Source: Deltaproteobacteria bacterium TL4
GTDB taxonomy: Bacteria > SAR324 > NAC60-12
Direction of reading: 5' to 3'
DNA length: 15,304 bases
Assembly (NCBI GenBank): GCA_051382335.1
Contig: JBBCAX010000345.1
Coordinates: forward strand, 1-15,304
Shown: in pieces, positions 7,468 to 15,020 of the stretch
How the letters are laid out: each line of letters starts with the position of its first letter
Numbering within the stretch: position 1 is the stretch's first letter
Translations under genes and position numbers: made by a program
The notes under the pieces: generated by a model
The model's input: only the letters and a program-made list of their open reading frames with translations
What the model was told of the DNA's origin: nothing
Database searches by the model: none

Positions 7468-8706
7468 CTATCTCGCGTCCAGATAATCGCTGTACCATAA
7501 GGCACCGAGTGGCTGCCCCTCATTGACCATGTTTTGAACAAACTGAATTTCATTCGCCCTTTTTACCGTCGAAAATCCATCGCTCCCTTTTTCGAGAACC
7601 CAGACCTCGCTTGGTTCTAGTGCGTCAACAAAATAGGGTTGGTGCGTGGTGATAAAAATCTGCGAGTCCCCTTTCTTGCCAGTTGTATGTTCACGAAACT
7701 CGCTTGCCAATGTTTCAAGCAGTTTGTGGTAGAGACCATTTTCCGGTTCTTCGATGCAAATGAACGGCGCGGGTTCGGGATCATTCAGCAACAGCAGGTA
7801 ACTGAACATCTTGAGAGTACCGTCTGACATCTGCTGTTGTGTGAATGGCTTGACAAAGCCTTTATCTGTGAAAAGTAGATAAAGATTATTCGTTATTTTG
7901 TCCCGATAGGGCGTGATGATGCCAATGCCAGGAATTTTTGCCGAAATTTCATGGAGAATACGCTTGAAAATGATGGGATGGGTCCGCTCCATGTATTGCA
8001 CAACATTGCCAATGTTGTCGCCATGCAGATTCAGGTGTTTTTGTACGCCCGCTTGGGAAATTTTTCTGGCAGAATCAGGTGTGAAATAACTCAGATACCA
8101 GCTCTGAATAAATTTCTTAAATTGAGCAATACGTGGGTTTTCCGAAAATTGTTCCGCGAGAGATACAATGGCCAGCTTATGAGGATCAAATTCAACAATT
8201 CGTTTTGACGCTTCATCCCCTTCAAGTGCATCATCGCCGACATAAACTGTGCCTTTCCCATTTTCTAGATGCAAAAATGACCTAGGTCGGCCAGATCCTC
8301 CGCTGCTTTTTGCACGTTGCCTTAAGCGCTCACTGAGGACAATGGGCAATCCTGTTTTTTCTTCTTTACCAATACTCACTTCATATGTAATTGGCCGGTC
8401 GTTTTTCGATTCGCGATAATAAATTGTTATCGCAATAGGCTGATCGATTCCCAAGGATACCAGCTTGTCATAACCACCACGATTTCTTGCATTACAAGCT
8501 GTCTCCAAGTCTGTTTCCATGCAATCTGCAACGAATCTAAAGGCATCGAAAATTGAGCTTTTACCAACTCCATTTTTACCGATAACTACCGTTAATGGAG
8601 TCAATGGATTCGCACTGCGTAATGATTGATCAGTGCCAATTCTCCCCATTGCAATATCACGCAATGATCGATAATTCTGAATCTTAAAGCCTTCAATAAG
8701 TGCCAT
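7468..8706 (-). CDS. ABC/AAA_21-type ATPase (412 aa; true start MALIEGFKIQNYRSL)
   Basis: IQNYRSL, Walker A GKNGVGKS, signature QMSDGT, Walker B/D-loop CIEEPENGLY and H-loop TTHQP are all intact. The ATG at 8706 overlaps the methyltransferase TAA (TAATG). Confidence 0.92.
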   Translation of the reverse strand: MALIEGFKIQNYRSLRDIAMGRIGTDQSLRSANPLTPLTVVIGKNGVGKSSIFDAFRFVADCMETDLETACNARNRGGYDKLVSLGIDQPIAITIYYRESKNDRPITYEVSIGKEEKTGLPIVLSERLRQRAKSSGGSGRPRSFLHLENGKGTVYVGDDALEGDEASKRIVEFDPHKLAIVSLAEQFSENPRIAQFKKFIQSWYLSYFTPDSARKISQAGVQKHLNLHGDNIGNVVQYMERTHPIIFKRILHEISAKIPGIGIITPYRDKITNNLYLLFTDKGFVKPFTQQQMSDGTLKMFSYLLLLNDPEPAPFICIEEPENGLYHKLLETLASEFREHTTGKKGDSQIFITTHQPYFVDALEPSEVWVLEKGSDGFSTVKRANEIQFVQNMVNEGQPLGALWYSDYLDAR

Positions 8707-10424
8707 TATTCGCCTCCCATTCTTGTTACTGCCTGGTCGTACCACATGAGCCGTTTGGGATCTTCTTCCAGGACGTTGTTGGGGATCTTGTCGGCCACGG
8801 CGACGATGACGGCGCAGTCGCGCTCCTGCCAGGCTTTCTTGAATCCGACGCGGACAGCTTCCAGGCGGAAGACCTTGATTTTTTTTTTGACCTCTTTGTA
8901 TTCCTCGAACTCCTTGAGCAGCGCCTTCTCGCACAGCTTCTCCAGGTCGCCCGCTTTGTTGGGATCTGGCACGTACCAGCGGTCGCGGGCCTTGGCGACC
9001 AGGGTCGGATCATCCTTGGGCAGGTTGCGCATTACTTCGCCCGAATACTCAGGACAAACAAAAACATCACTCCAAACCGTATAATTGATTTTGCCAAGTG
9101 GAGCCGGCTTCCAGCCGGCTTTTTCCAACTCATCCGCCACATATCTCCACAAGTATTGCTCAGCCTTTTCAACAAGGCCAGCTTTAACCGGATTATGATT
9201 CAGATAAGCCAGTTCATTGGCAAGTTCACGGGCTTCACGGATGATTCTGTCATAGGTCTCTGTTTGCCAGACTTTTGCCCCTGTCTTGCCTTCCAGCTTA
9301 TTGACTTCATTGGCGCTAAAACTCTTCACGCTATGCAATAGAACAGACAGATCCCAGAAGATTCCCGCCTCTTTTTCCAGTGGTTTGGCAATCAAATGAA
9401 CATGATCAGGCATGATCACAACGGATAATAATTTCCAGCGTTGGTTATCCCAATGCAGGATAGCATTCAGAACTGCCGATCTGGATTCCGGTGATAAAAT
9501 GCGAAAATTATCGGTGCGAAAAGTCAGAAAACAGGTTGCCCCGGCAACCTGGATATGCGGTAAATTATCTTTGCGATATTCAACTTTGGTAACATTAAAT
9601 GGATCGCATGGTTGGAAATCAATGGCTGTAAGCAGCCTGCTGGAAGCAGGCTCCACATGGAGTGTTTCATACATCCAGTCGCATTCCTTCTCGACCTCCG
9701 AGAGAATGCTTTTGGCCTCTTTCTCAAACGCTGCCACATCGACCGGGGTGTTGTAGTTGTACGCAATGAAGGTCGCCGCCGGTGACAAATCGTTCAGAAC
9801 TGTTTTACGCACACCCAGTTTTGAAAATGGCAGCCAAACCTTTTTGCCATCTTCATCCGTTTCTTCCTGCAAAATGGTTCCGTCCGGCTTTACCTGGTAG
9901 CCAAGAGACATGACCACTTCGCTGTCGCCACACATTTGCGCAGCCACTCCCGTCATGCCGGTTCCGCAGAACCCGTCGAACACGATGTCCCCCGGCTGGG
10001 TGTAATGGAGGATGTACCGCATGATCGCCTTGTGCGGCACCTTGGTGTGATAGGAGTGCGCATTGTAGATGGGGTCGTTCTTGCCCTCGCTCACATCGGC
10101 CGCAAAGGGTTCGCGGTGATAGTGATAACCTTCAGGCTGCTCTGGCTTCTGCGCCTCCCACTCGGCGATGAAGTCGGCGATCCACGGATTCGGGCAGGCG
10201 GTGTAGTACGGCGGATCACTTAGATTCAGGATGTCCTCGTTGCTGCCGATGGGAAAGCCTTCGATCTTGCGGAACTCCGGGTCTTGCAGCTTCTTGCTCA
10301 GCTCCTCGGTAAAGTGGGCACGGCGGGCCTCGTCGTTCTCGAACGTCATGCCGAGACAAGTCACCGGGCCGGAGGGCTTCTGCGGCTCTTCAAGCAGCGA
10401 GTCGAACAAACTGTTTTGTATCAT
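8706..10424 (-). CDS. DNA methyltransferase (BREX type 3 PglXI-like) with an in-frame RAYT insertion and a probable large internal deletion
   Basis: Motifs LSDPPYYTACPNP, AHSYHTKVPH, SAM-binding FDGFCGTGMTG, NDLSPAATFI, INYTVWSDVFVCPE and C-terminal RWYVPDPNKAGDLEKL. The jump GEV|MRNLPK near 9033 skips the long central region I recall from full-length homologues, so the gene may be non-functional. Confidence 0.85.
   Translation of the reverse strand: MIQNSLFDSLLEEPQKPSGPVTCLGMTFENDEARRAHFTEELSKKLQDPEFRKIEGFPIGSNEDILNLSDPPYYTACPNPWIADFIAEWEAQKPEQPEGYHYHREPFAADVSEGKNDPIYNAHSYHTKVPHKAIMRYILHYTQPGDIVFDGFCGTGMTGVAAQMCGDSEVVMSLGYQVKPDGTILQEETDEDGKKVWLPFSKLGVRKTVLNDLSPAATFIAYNYNTPVDVAAFEKEAKSILSEVEKECDWMYETLHVEPASSRLLTAIDFQPCDPFNVTKVEYRKDNLPHIQVAGATCFLTFRTDNFRILSPESRSAVLNAILHWDNQRWKLLSVVIMPDHVHLIAKPLEKEAGIFWDLSVLLHSVKSFSANEVNKLEGKTGAKVWQTETYDRIIREARELANELAYLNHNPVKAGLVEKAEQYLWRYVADELEKAGWKPAPLGKINYTVWSDVFVCPEYSGEVMRNLPKDDPTLVAKARDRWYVPDPNKAGDLEKLCEKALLKEFEEYKEVKKKIKVFRLEAVRVGFKKAWQERDCAVIVAVADKIPNNVLEEDPKRLMWYDQAVTRMGGE
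9098..9120 (+). repeat. REP hairpin, downstream boundary of the RAYT cassette
   Basis: GTGGAGCCGGCTTCCAGCCGGCT: GGAG motif, 8-bp stem, TCC loop. Translated on the minus strand as AGWKPAP. Confidence 0.9.
9634..9656 (-). repeat. REP hairpin, upstream boundary of the RAYT cassette
   Basis: GTGGAGCCTGCTTCCAGCAGGCT on the minus strand, 21/23 identical to the other copy. The two differences are one compensatory G-C to T-A pair. Translated as VEPASSRL. Confidence 0.9.
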
Positions 10425-10657
10425 AAATGTTTCTCCAATAATTCTTTGCCCTTGGCTGTGATGATATATTTCTGCATACGGCTTTGGGGTTTGTCGGGAA
10501 TGGTGCGGACAATCAACCCCTCTTCCAGCAGACGGTTGAGGTAGTTGCGCTGGAATGTTTCCCTGTGTTTTATCCCTATAATCTCCTGAAGGTCAGTGCT
10601 TTCCAGGTCCAAAGCTTTCTGCCAAACAATCAAATCCTTGTAACTCTGCACGCTCAT
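10421..10657 (-). pseudogene. Chimeric ORF: four-helix-bundle (23S IVP-like) N-terminus fused to a Fic-associated C-terminal wHTH
   Basis: MSVQSYKDLIVWQKALDL is the typical start of four-helix-bundle proteins. LQEIIGIKHRETFQRNYLNRLLEEGLIVRTIPDKPQSRMQKYIIT is the typical C-terminal HTH of Fic/AlbA-ATPase proteins. Junction near 10603. Confidence 0.75.
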
Positions 10658-11147
10658 ATCTCGCCCCTCGCCCCTAAATCCTCGCCCCTCGTTTCAACAA
10701 TCAGCGCATCGACCGAGTCATAGCTGCGGTACTCGGGATGGCCGGTTTCGGTGTATAAAAGCCTCCCGGAATTCATGATTCCGTTCCACGAAGCCACCAC
10801 GGCCCGGTTTCTCGAAATGCCCTCCAGCAGGCGCAAGGGGTCCTGCTGGAGGTCCTTGTCGAAAAGAATCTCGAGATTATCCAGCACCACGGGTGCTTGA
10901 GCCTGGTTCGCAATCTGATTGAGGATGCCCGGCAACCGAAGCGACCGCTGCTTTGCAGTCAGCTCAAGCAGCTCGCCTGAAAGCGCCAGATTGACGTTGA
11001 CGACGGATGAGCCAAACTCCTCGGCAATATCCCGAAGAACACCGGTCTTGCCGGAACCAGTCTCACCCACCAGCAACACCAGGCGGTGATACAAGCCTTG
11101 GCTGCCTGGAGGGATCGTTTTATCTTGTCGTGAATCGGCTCGGCCAT
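10654..11147 (-). pseudogene. brxF: BREX type 3 P-loop protein BrxF, frameshifted
   Basis: SD AAGGAG and ATG at 11147 (MAEPIHDKIKRSLQAA). A 1-nt shift near 11099 joins GLYHRLVLLVGETGSGKT, VNVNLALS, VVLDNLEILFD, DPLRLL and GHPEYRSY. Confidence 0.85.
10660..10691. repeat. Heptamer tandem repeat (CTCGCCC)n
   Basis: CTCGCCC CTCGCCC CTAAATC CTCGCCC CTCG, immediately upstream of the four-helix-bundle ATG. Confidence 0.8.
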
Positions 11148-11156
11148 GGTCGCTCC

Positions 11157-11360
11157 TTATTGCTCGGTGTCCGGCTTATCGGATTTGTCAGCAGCACCGC
11201 CAGAGCGGACCCATTTGTCCACTTCGTCTTGTTTGAACATCCAGCGACGGCCGACGCGATAACCGGGCATAGCCCGTTGTTCGATCCACTTGTAGACCGT
11301 CTCGTTGCTTACATTCAGATATTTGCAAATGTCATCGACAGTCAGCCATCTCTCATCCAT
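11157..11360 (-). CDS. Excisionase-family (HTH_17) DNA-binding protein, 67 aa
   Basis: MDERWLTVDDICKYLNVSNETVYKWIEQRAMPGYRVGRRWMFKQDEVDKWVR. The ATG at 11360 follows GAAGG. Confidence 0.9.
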   Translation of the reverse strand: MDERWLTVDDICKYLNVSNETVYKWIEQRAMPGYRVGRRWMFKQDEVDKWVRSGGAADKSDKPDTEQ

Positions 11361-11629
11361 AGCCTTCGTCCTTCGTTCATCATGTTTTCGGTAAAAGCCC
11401 GAAGGTCTCCGGGAAACCCGAAATCCGGACACAGTGCCACAAATTAACCTCCATAAACTACATTGATGGATTGCCAAAATCAAGCGTTTGTACCGAATAG
11501 AGACGATTTTTCCTAAAAACGGCCTGATTGTCGTTGGTAATACGGTCGCAGTTCTGAGGCGCATGCATGGTGTCAGTCCATACAGCACAGGCAATTGAGT
11601 CCATGGATGCCGCCACCATTACCCGCTGG

Positions 11630-11732
11630 TATAGTTGTCCAGATAAATTCCTGCTGGGAGCGCAGGCGTCCCGCCTGCTTTTGTGGGCAAGATGCCCGCG
11701 CTCCCAGAACAAAACTTTTCTGGAGAAGTATA
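11630..11732. mobile_element. MITE-like element copy 1 (TA-flanked, imperfect TIRs) with a GGAG REP doublet
   Basis: Left end TATAGTTGTCCAGATAA versus right-end reverse complement TATACTTCTCCAGAAAA (14/17). Internal inverted REPs span 11654-11707. Confidence 0.75.
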
Positions 11733-11818
11733 TTTAAATTTAAATCTAAACTCTGAATTGCTGGAGGTTTTTGCTTATTATGAAAAATAAACTGGTAATT
11801 ATAAGGATTTTCCCTATG

Positions 11819-11919
11819 TACAGTTGTCCAGATAAATTCCTGTTGGGAGCGCAGGCGTCCCGCTTGCTTTTGTGGGCAAGATGCCCGCGCTCCCAGAACA
11901 AAACTTTTCCGGAGAAGTA
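11819..11919. mobile_element. MITE-like element copy 2
   Basis: Direct repeat of 11630-11730 at offset 189, with 4 mismatches in 101 bp. REP doublet at 11843-11896. Confidence 0.75.
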
Positions 11920-12058
11920 GCTATCCTACCTCTCACACAGGAGGGCTTTGAGCTTCGGAAAGAACCATAAAAAGTTCCAGGAAATCCGCACAAAGGTTAT
12001 CAGCGTAAGAAACGATGTTAGCCCTAACTCACTAAAACACGAAAGGTTTACAAAATTG

Positions 12059-13180
12059 ATGCTTGATCGAACGGATATTACAATTATTGGCGCCGGAGTG
12101 GTAGGCCTTGCTATTGCTCAACAACTGGCGAAACCTTCAAAACAAGTGATGATTTTGGAAAAAAATTCCAATATTGGTGAAGAGACTAGCAGCAGAAACA
12201 GTGAAGTGATTCACGCGGGAATTTATTATCCTCAAGAGAGTTTGAAAGCCAAACTCTGTGTAAAAGGGAAACAGTTGCTTTATGCGTATTGTAAGGCCAA
12301 TCAGGTTCCCTTTGAGCCCATTGGTAAAATTCTGGTCGCAACGTGCGCTGAAGAAGAACACGTTTTACACGACATACTCCAGAAGGCGCAGAATAACGGC
12401 GTCAATGACCTGCAGTGGTGGTCTCCCGAAACTTTGAAGCGACAGGAACCTGAGGTCAAAGCAACACTGGGTTTATTTTCTCCGTCCACCGGCATTATCA
12501 ATACGCACCAATTGATGCGATCCTTTTTGGGTAAAGCAGAGCAGCAAAACGCGGTTTTAGCTTTGAAAACTAAAGTCCTTCGAATTGAAGTAAGCAAAAA
12601 TGGGTTCATCATCGAAGTTCAAAGTGAAAACGATACTTACCAATTTCTCTCTGATATTGTCATTAATTCCGCAGGTCTCCACGCTCAAGCTGTGGCTTCT
12701 CGGATGGAAGGATTCAATCCCCAAGAGATTCCGCCCCTCTACTTATGCAAAGGGTGTTATTTCAGCTTACAGGGAAAAAGCCCGTTTTCCCATCTGATCT
12801 ACCCTGTTCCTGAGGTAAAAGGCACAGGCTTGGGGATTCACGCGACACTGGATTTGGCAAAACAGGTTCGCTTTGGCCCTGACACAGAATATGTCGATGA
12901 AATAGAGTACCATGTTCCCCAGCAAAAGCAGACGGTGTTCTATCATGCGATTAAACGCTATTTTCCCAGCTTAACAGCAGACCGTCTTTCACCGGCATAC
13001 GCGGGTATTCGTCCTAAACTTCAAGCGCCGGGTGCTCCTGTACAAGATTTTGTAATTCAAACGGAAGAAACGCACCACTGCCCAGGTCTCATTCAATGTT
13101 TTGGAATTGAATCTCCTGGAGTGACGGCGTCGCTGGCAATTGCTGAAACCATTGAACATTTAATCAGATACCGGCTCTGA
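12059..13180 (+). CDS. FAD-dependent oxidoreductase, L-2-hydroxyglutarate dehydrogenase/oxidase family
   Basis: IIGAGVVGLAIA, ETSSRNSEVIHAGIYY, LIYPVP, GLGIHATLDL, FGPD, YAGIRPKL and FGIESPGVTASLAIA. Likely start is the ATG at 12059. Confidence 0.9.
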   Translation: MLDRTDITIIGAGVVGLAIAQQLAKPSKQVMILEKNSNIGEETSSRNSEVIHAGIYYPQESLKAKLCVKGKQLLYAYCKANQVPFEPIGKILVATCAEEEHVLHDILQKAQNNGVNDLQWWSPETLKRQEPEVKATLGLFSPSTGIINTHQLMRSFLGKAEQQNAVLALKTKVLRIEVSKNGFIIEVQSENDTYQFLSDIVINSAGLHAQAVASRMEGFNPQEIPPLYLCKGCYFSLQGKSPFSHLIYPVPEVKGTGLGIHATLDLAKQVRFGPDTEYVDEIEYHVPQQKQTVFYHAIKRYFPSLTADRLSPAYAGIRPKLQAPGAPVQDFVIQTEETHHCPGLIQCFGIESPGVTASLAIAETIEHLIRYRL

Positions 13181-13300
13181 ATGTTTCTCTTGATGATGGC
13201 TACCAACGCACTGTAGAATATCCTCTTGGAACTGTAGTGTATTCAAACAGTGTTGCCATGACTCAGTTTTTAATGTTGATATGAGAGATGACGCTTTAGT

Positions 13301-14227
13301 ATGAACGGCTTACTACATAAAATTAATATTTTAGTCATTGCTGGCGTTCTCTTTCTGGTCAGTAGTCAACCTCTTTATGCAGCCAAAACGCTGCTTGGCT
13401 TTATGTTTGGGTCTAAAGGAAAGGTGGAATATTCCTACCAAGAGACCCAATGGAAAAACGCTCCCCGTAAAAAATTCATAAACAAAACCCTTTTCTTGAA
13501 AACTTCGGATAACGCGGAAGTCAAAGTCTGGTATTATCAAAACAAGAGAGTTTATGTCCTGAAGGCTCAATCCTCAATGAAAGTCACGCCCAAGGAAGTG
13601 AGAAAATTATCAGGTAACGTCGAGCAATTTCTCCTGGATAAGCCTCAATTTTTAGGCATTAATCAAACCTACCTCTCAGCCAAACAGTTTATCCTTAAGA
13701 ACAAAAACAAAATTCAACCTTCCTTCGATGTCATCGATTTGGTACTTTCAAACGATTATTCTGAAGTTATATGGCCAAACATTGGAGAAGAATATGATTA
13801 TAAGGTTTATGTCGGAACAAAAACCTATGAAGTCCCAAGTGATGAGAAAGAGTTTTCACGCTTAACACTTATTCCGCTACCAGGTCAGAGCACCAAATAC
13901 CGAATCAGCGCGTTTGAAAAAAGCGAGATGATTTATGAGACACAAGTTCACAACATTCGTTGGCTTAGTACTTCAGAAGAGAAAGCCTTTCATAAAAGTC
14001 TGCAGATGCTTCACCAGTTGGACTCCGATGATATCTTATCGGCGCTCTATCTGGAATCCTTGGGTCTGAAAGTTGGGGCAATGGATATCTACCGTCAGTT
14101 TTTGAAAAAAAATCCGAATGAAAATGATATCCGTTCCATACTCATTCCTCTTTACGCACAATTAAATTTGACGCATCTACATCTTGAGGAGTTAGAAACT
14201 TACTTTGGTTCCCTCAATTCGAAGTAG
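13301..14227 (+). CDS. Exported hypothetical protein with a helical (TPR-like) C-terminus
   Basis: 308-aa ORF with a signal-peptide-like N-terminus (KINILVIAGVLFLVSSQPLYA). The C-terminal AMDIYRQFLKKNPNE...LIPLYAQL resembles one TPR unit. Confidence 0.75.
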   Translation: MNGLLHKINILVIAGVLFLVSSQPLYAAKTLLGFMFGSKGKVEYSYQETQWKNAPRKKFINKTLFLKTSDNAEVKVWYYQNKRVYVLKAQSSMKVTPKEVRKLSGNVEQFLLDKPQFLGINQTYLSAKQFILKNKNKIQPSFDVIDLVLSNDYSEVIWPNIGEEYDYKVYVGTKTYEVPSDEKEFSRLTLIPLPGQSTKYRISAFEKSEMIYETQVHNIRWLSTSEEKAFHKSLQMLHQLDSDDILSALYLESLGLKVGAMDIYRQFLKKNPNENDIRSILIPLYAQLNLTHLHLEELETYFGSLNSK

Positions 14228-14420
14228 CCGTTAGGCTTTATTCTGGTTGATCGAAGACGCCCCCTTGAGGAATGAGGCGTTTGATTCACCTTGCAGAATG
14301 TGACAAAGAACCTAAAATGCTCAGCGTTCAAAAGCATGATCAATAGAACCCATAATCAACAATTTTCAAGTCCCTGGCCATAGGAACAAGAGTCCTACAC
14401 ACTTAATTACGTTTTTCAAA

Positions 14421-14525
14421 ATGAACATCAGTCAAATTCTGGTACCTTTAAGCAATGACCTCGCCTGTGTTGAAAAAGCGATCATTGAAGACATACAAAC
14501 GCACATCCCCCTTGCAGAGGACATG
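14421..14525 (+). pseudogene. 5' fragment of a polyprenyl-diphosphate synthase (IspB-like) gene
   Basis: MNISQILVPLSNDLACVEKAIIEDIQTHIPLAEDM resembles the N-terminal helices preceding GGKRxRP in IspB/HepT. It runs into IS DNA before that motif. Confidence 0.5.
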
Positions 14526-15020
14526 CGTATGTTGATTTTTTCCATGAACGCGTGCTTTGGTATCATCAATATAGGTTCGGACATCAGACAGATATTTTGA
14601 GTTCCAAAATTAATGATTTGAGGTTCAGACCAAATTCCCCCTCATATCCCATCGGAAGGGAGGCCATGAAACTCTTGTTCAAAGAGGCCGAATAATAGAC
14701 TTCCTTCTTAAACTTGATGACCTCAACTAAAACTTTAACATCTTGAACAATGACTGCCTCAGATCCTTTAAACACAGTATCTTCAGGGAGTTTCGATTTA
14801 TCAAGTTTACAGATTGTTTGGCGAGTGACATGGAGTTTTAAGTTCTTGGGCGAGTGTTCTTTCTTTTTATTTTCTTTACCAGATCTGTTTCTTTCCTGTT
14901 CTGAGGAAATTTTTCCGGACTTTGGCGACTGATGCCGAATATTAGGTTTACCTTGCTCGCCTTTGAGACGATTCACCTCATCTCGAAGTTCCTGATTTTC
15001 TTTAGTCAACTGCTCTATAG
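14521..15020 (-). mobile_element. IS66-like transposase remnant (frameshifted, internally deleted)
   Basis: ENQELRDEVNRLKGEQGKP, FKGSEAVIVQDV, EVYYSAS and LPMGYEGEFG. Beyond the called stop, shifted frames give NICLMSEP and IDDTKARVHGKNQHTHV (first DDE Asp region). Confidence 0.75.

Larger units (their letters stand above)
9096..9656 (-). mobile_element. REP-associated tyrosine transposase (RAYT/TnpA-REP, HUH Y1) cassette inserted in frame, bounded by inverted REPs
   Basis: 187 codons containing NLPH, FLTFRT, HUH motif VIMPDHVHL, VKSFSA, VWQTETYDRIIR and catalytic-Tyr motif YLNHNPVKAGLV. No ATG precedes the domain within the insert and there is no stop codon. Confidence 0.92.

Noticed and set aside
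8707..8934. 76-aa N-terminal extension of the ATPase in the ORF track
   Set aside because: It overlaps the methyltransferase C-terminus in another frame. The family-typical start MALIEGFKIQNY at 8706 is coupled to the upstream stop.
9096..9656. Intein, or ordinary IS200/IS605 insertion
   Set aside because: There is no N-terminal C/S or C-terminal HN splice motif. The motifs (WQ...YDRIIR, NPVKAGL) and symmetric inverted GGAG hairpins fit RAYT rather than IS200 TnpA, and there is no tnpB.
8700..10544. Plus-strand ORFs (213, 112, 114, 95, 76, 86 aa)
   Set aside because: They are antisense shadows of the methyltransferase/RAYT gene with no recognisable motifs.
11361..11594. N-terminal extension of the excisionase-like ORF
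   Set aside because: The HTH domain starts at MDERW (11360) with an SD-like site. The extension looks like translated intergenic DNA.
11400..11629. Possible transposon end or gene fragment (MVSVHTAQAIESMDAATITRW) at the island edge
   Set aside because: I found no matching second end or repeated binding sites, and the peptide is too short to assign without a search.
11630..11919. Possible CRISPR array (repeat-spacer-repeat)
   Set aside because: Only two units of ~100 bp with an 88-bp spacer, internal TIR/REP structure, and no cas genes.
11948..12058. N-terminal extension of the FAD oxidoreductase
   Set aside because: The GxGxxG motif normally lies within ~10 residues of the start, which fits the ATG at 12059.
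14226..14285. Intrinsic terminator after the exported-protein gene
   Set aside because: The candidate stems (AGCC/GGCT; GACGCC/GGCGTT) are short or have a long loop, and the U-tracts are weak.
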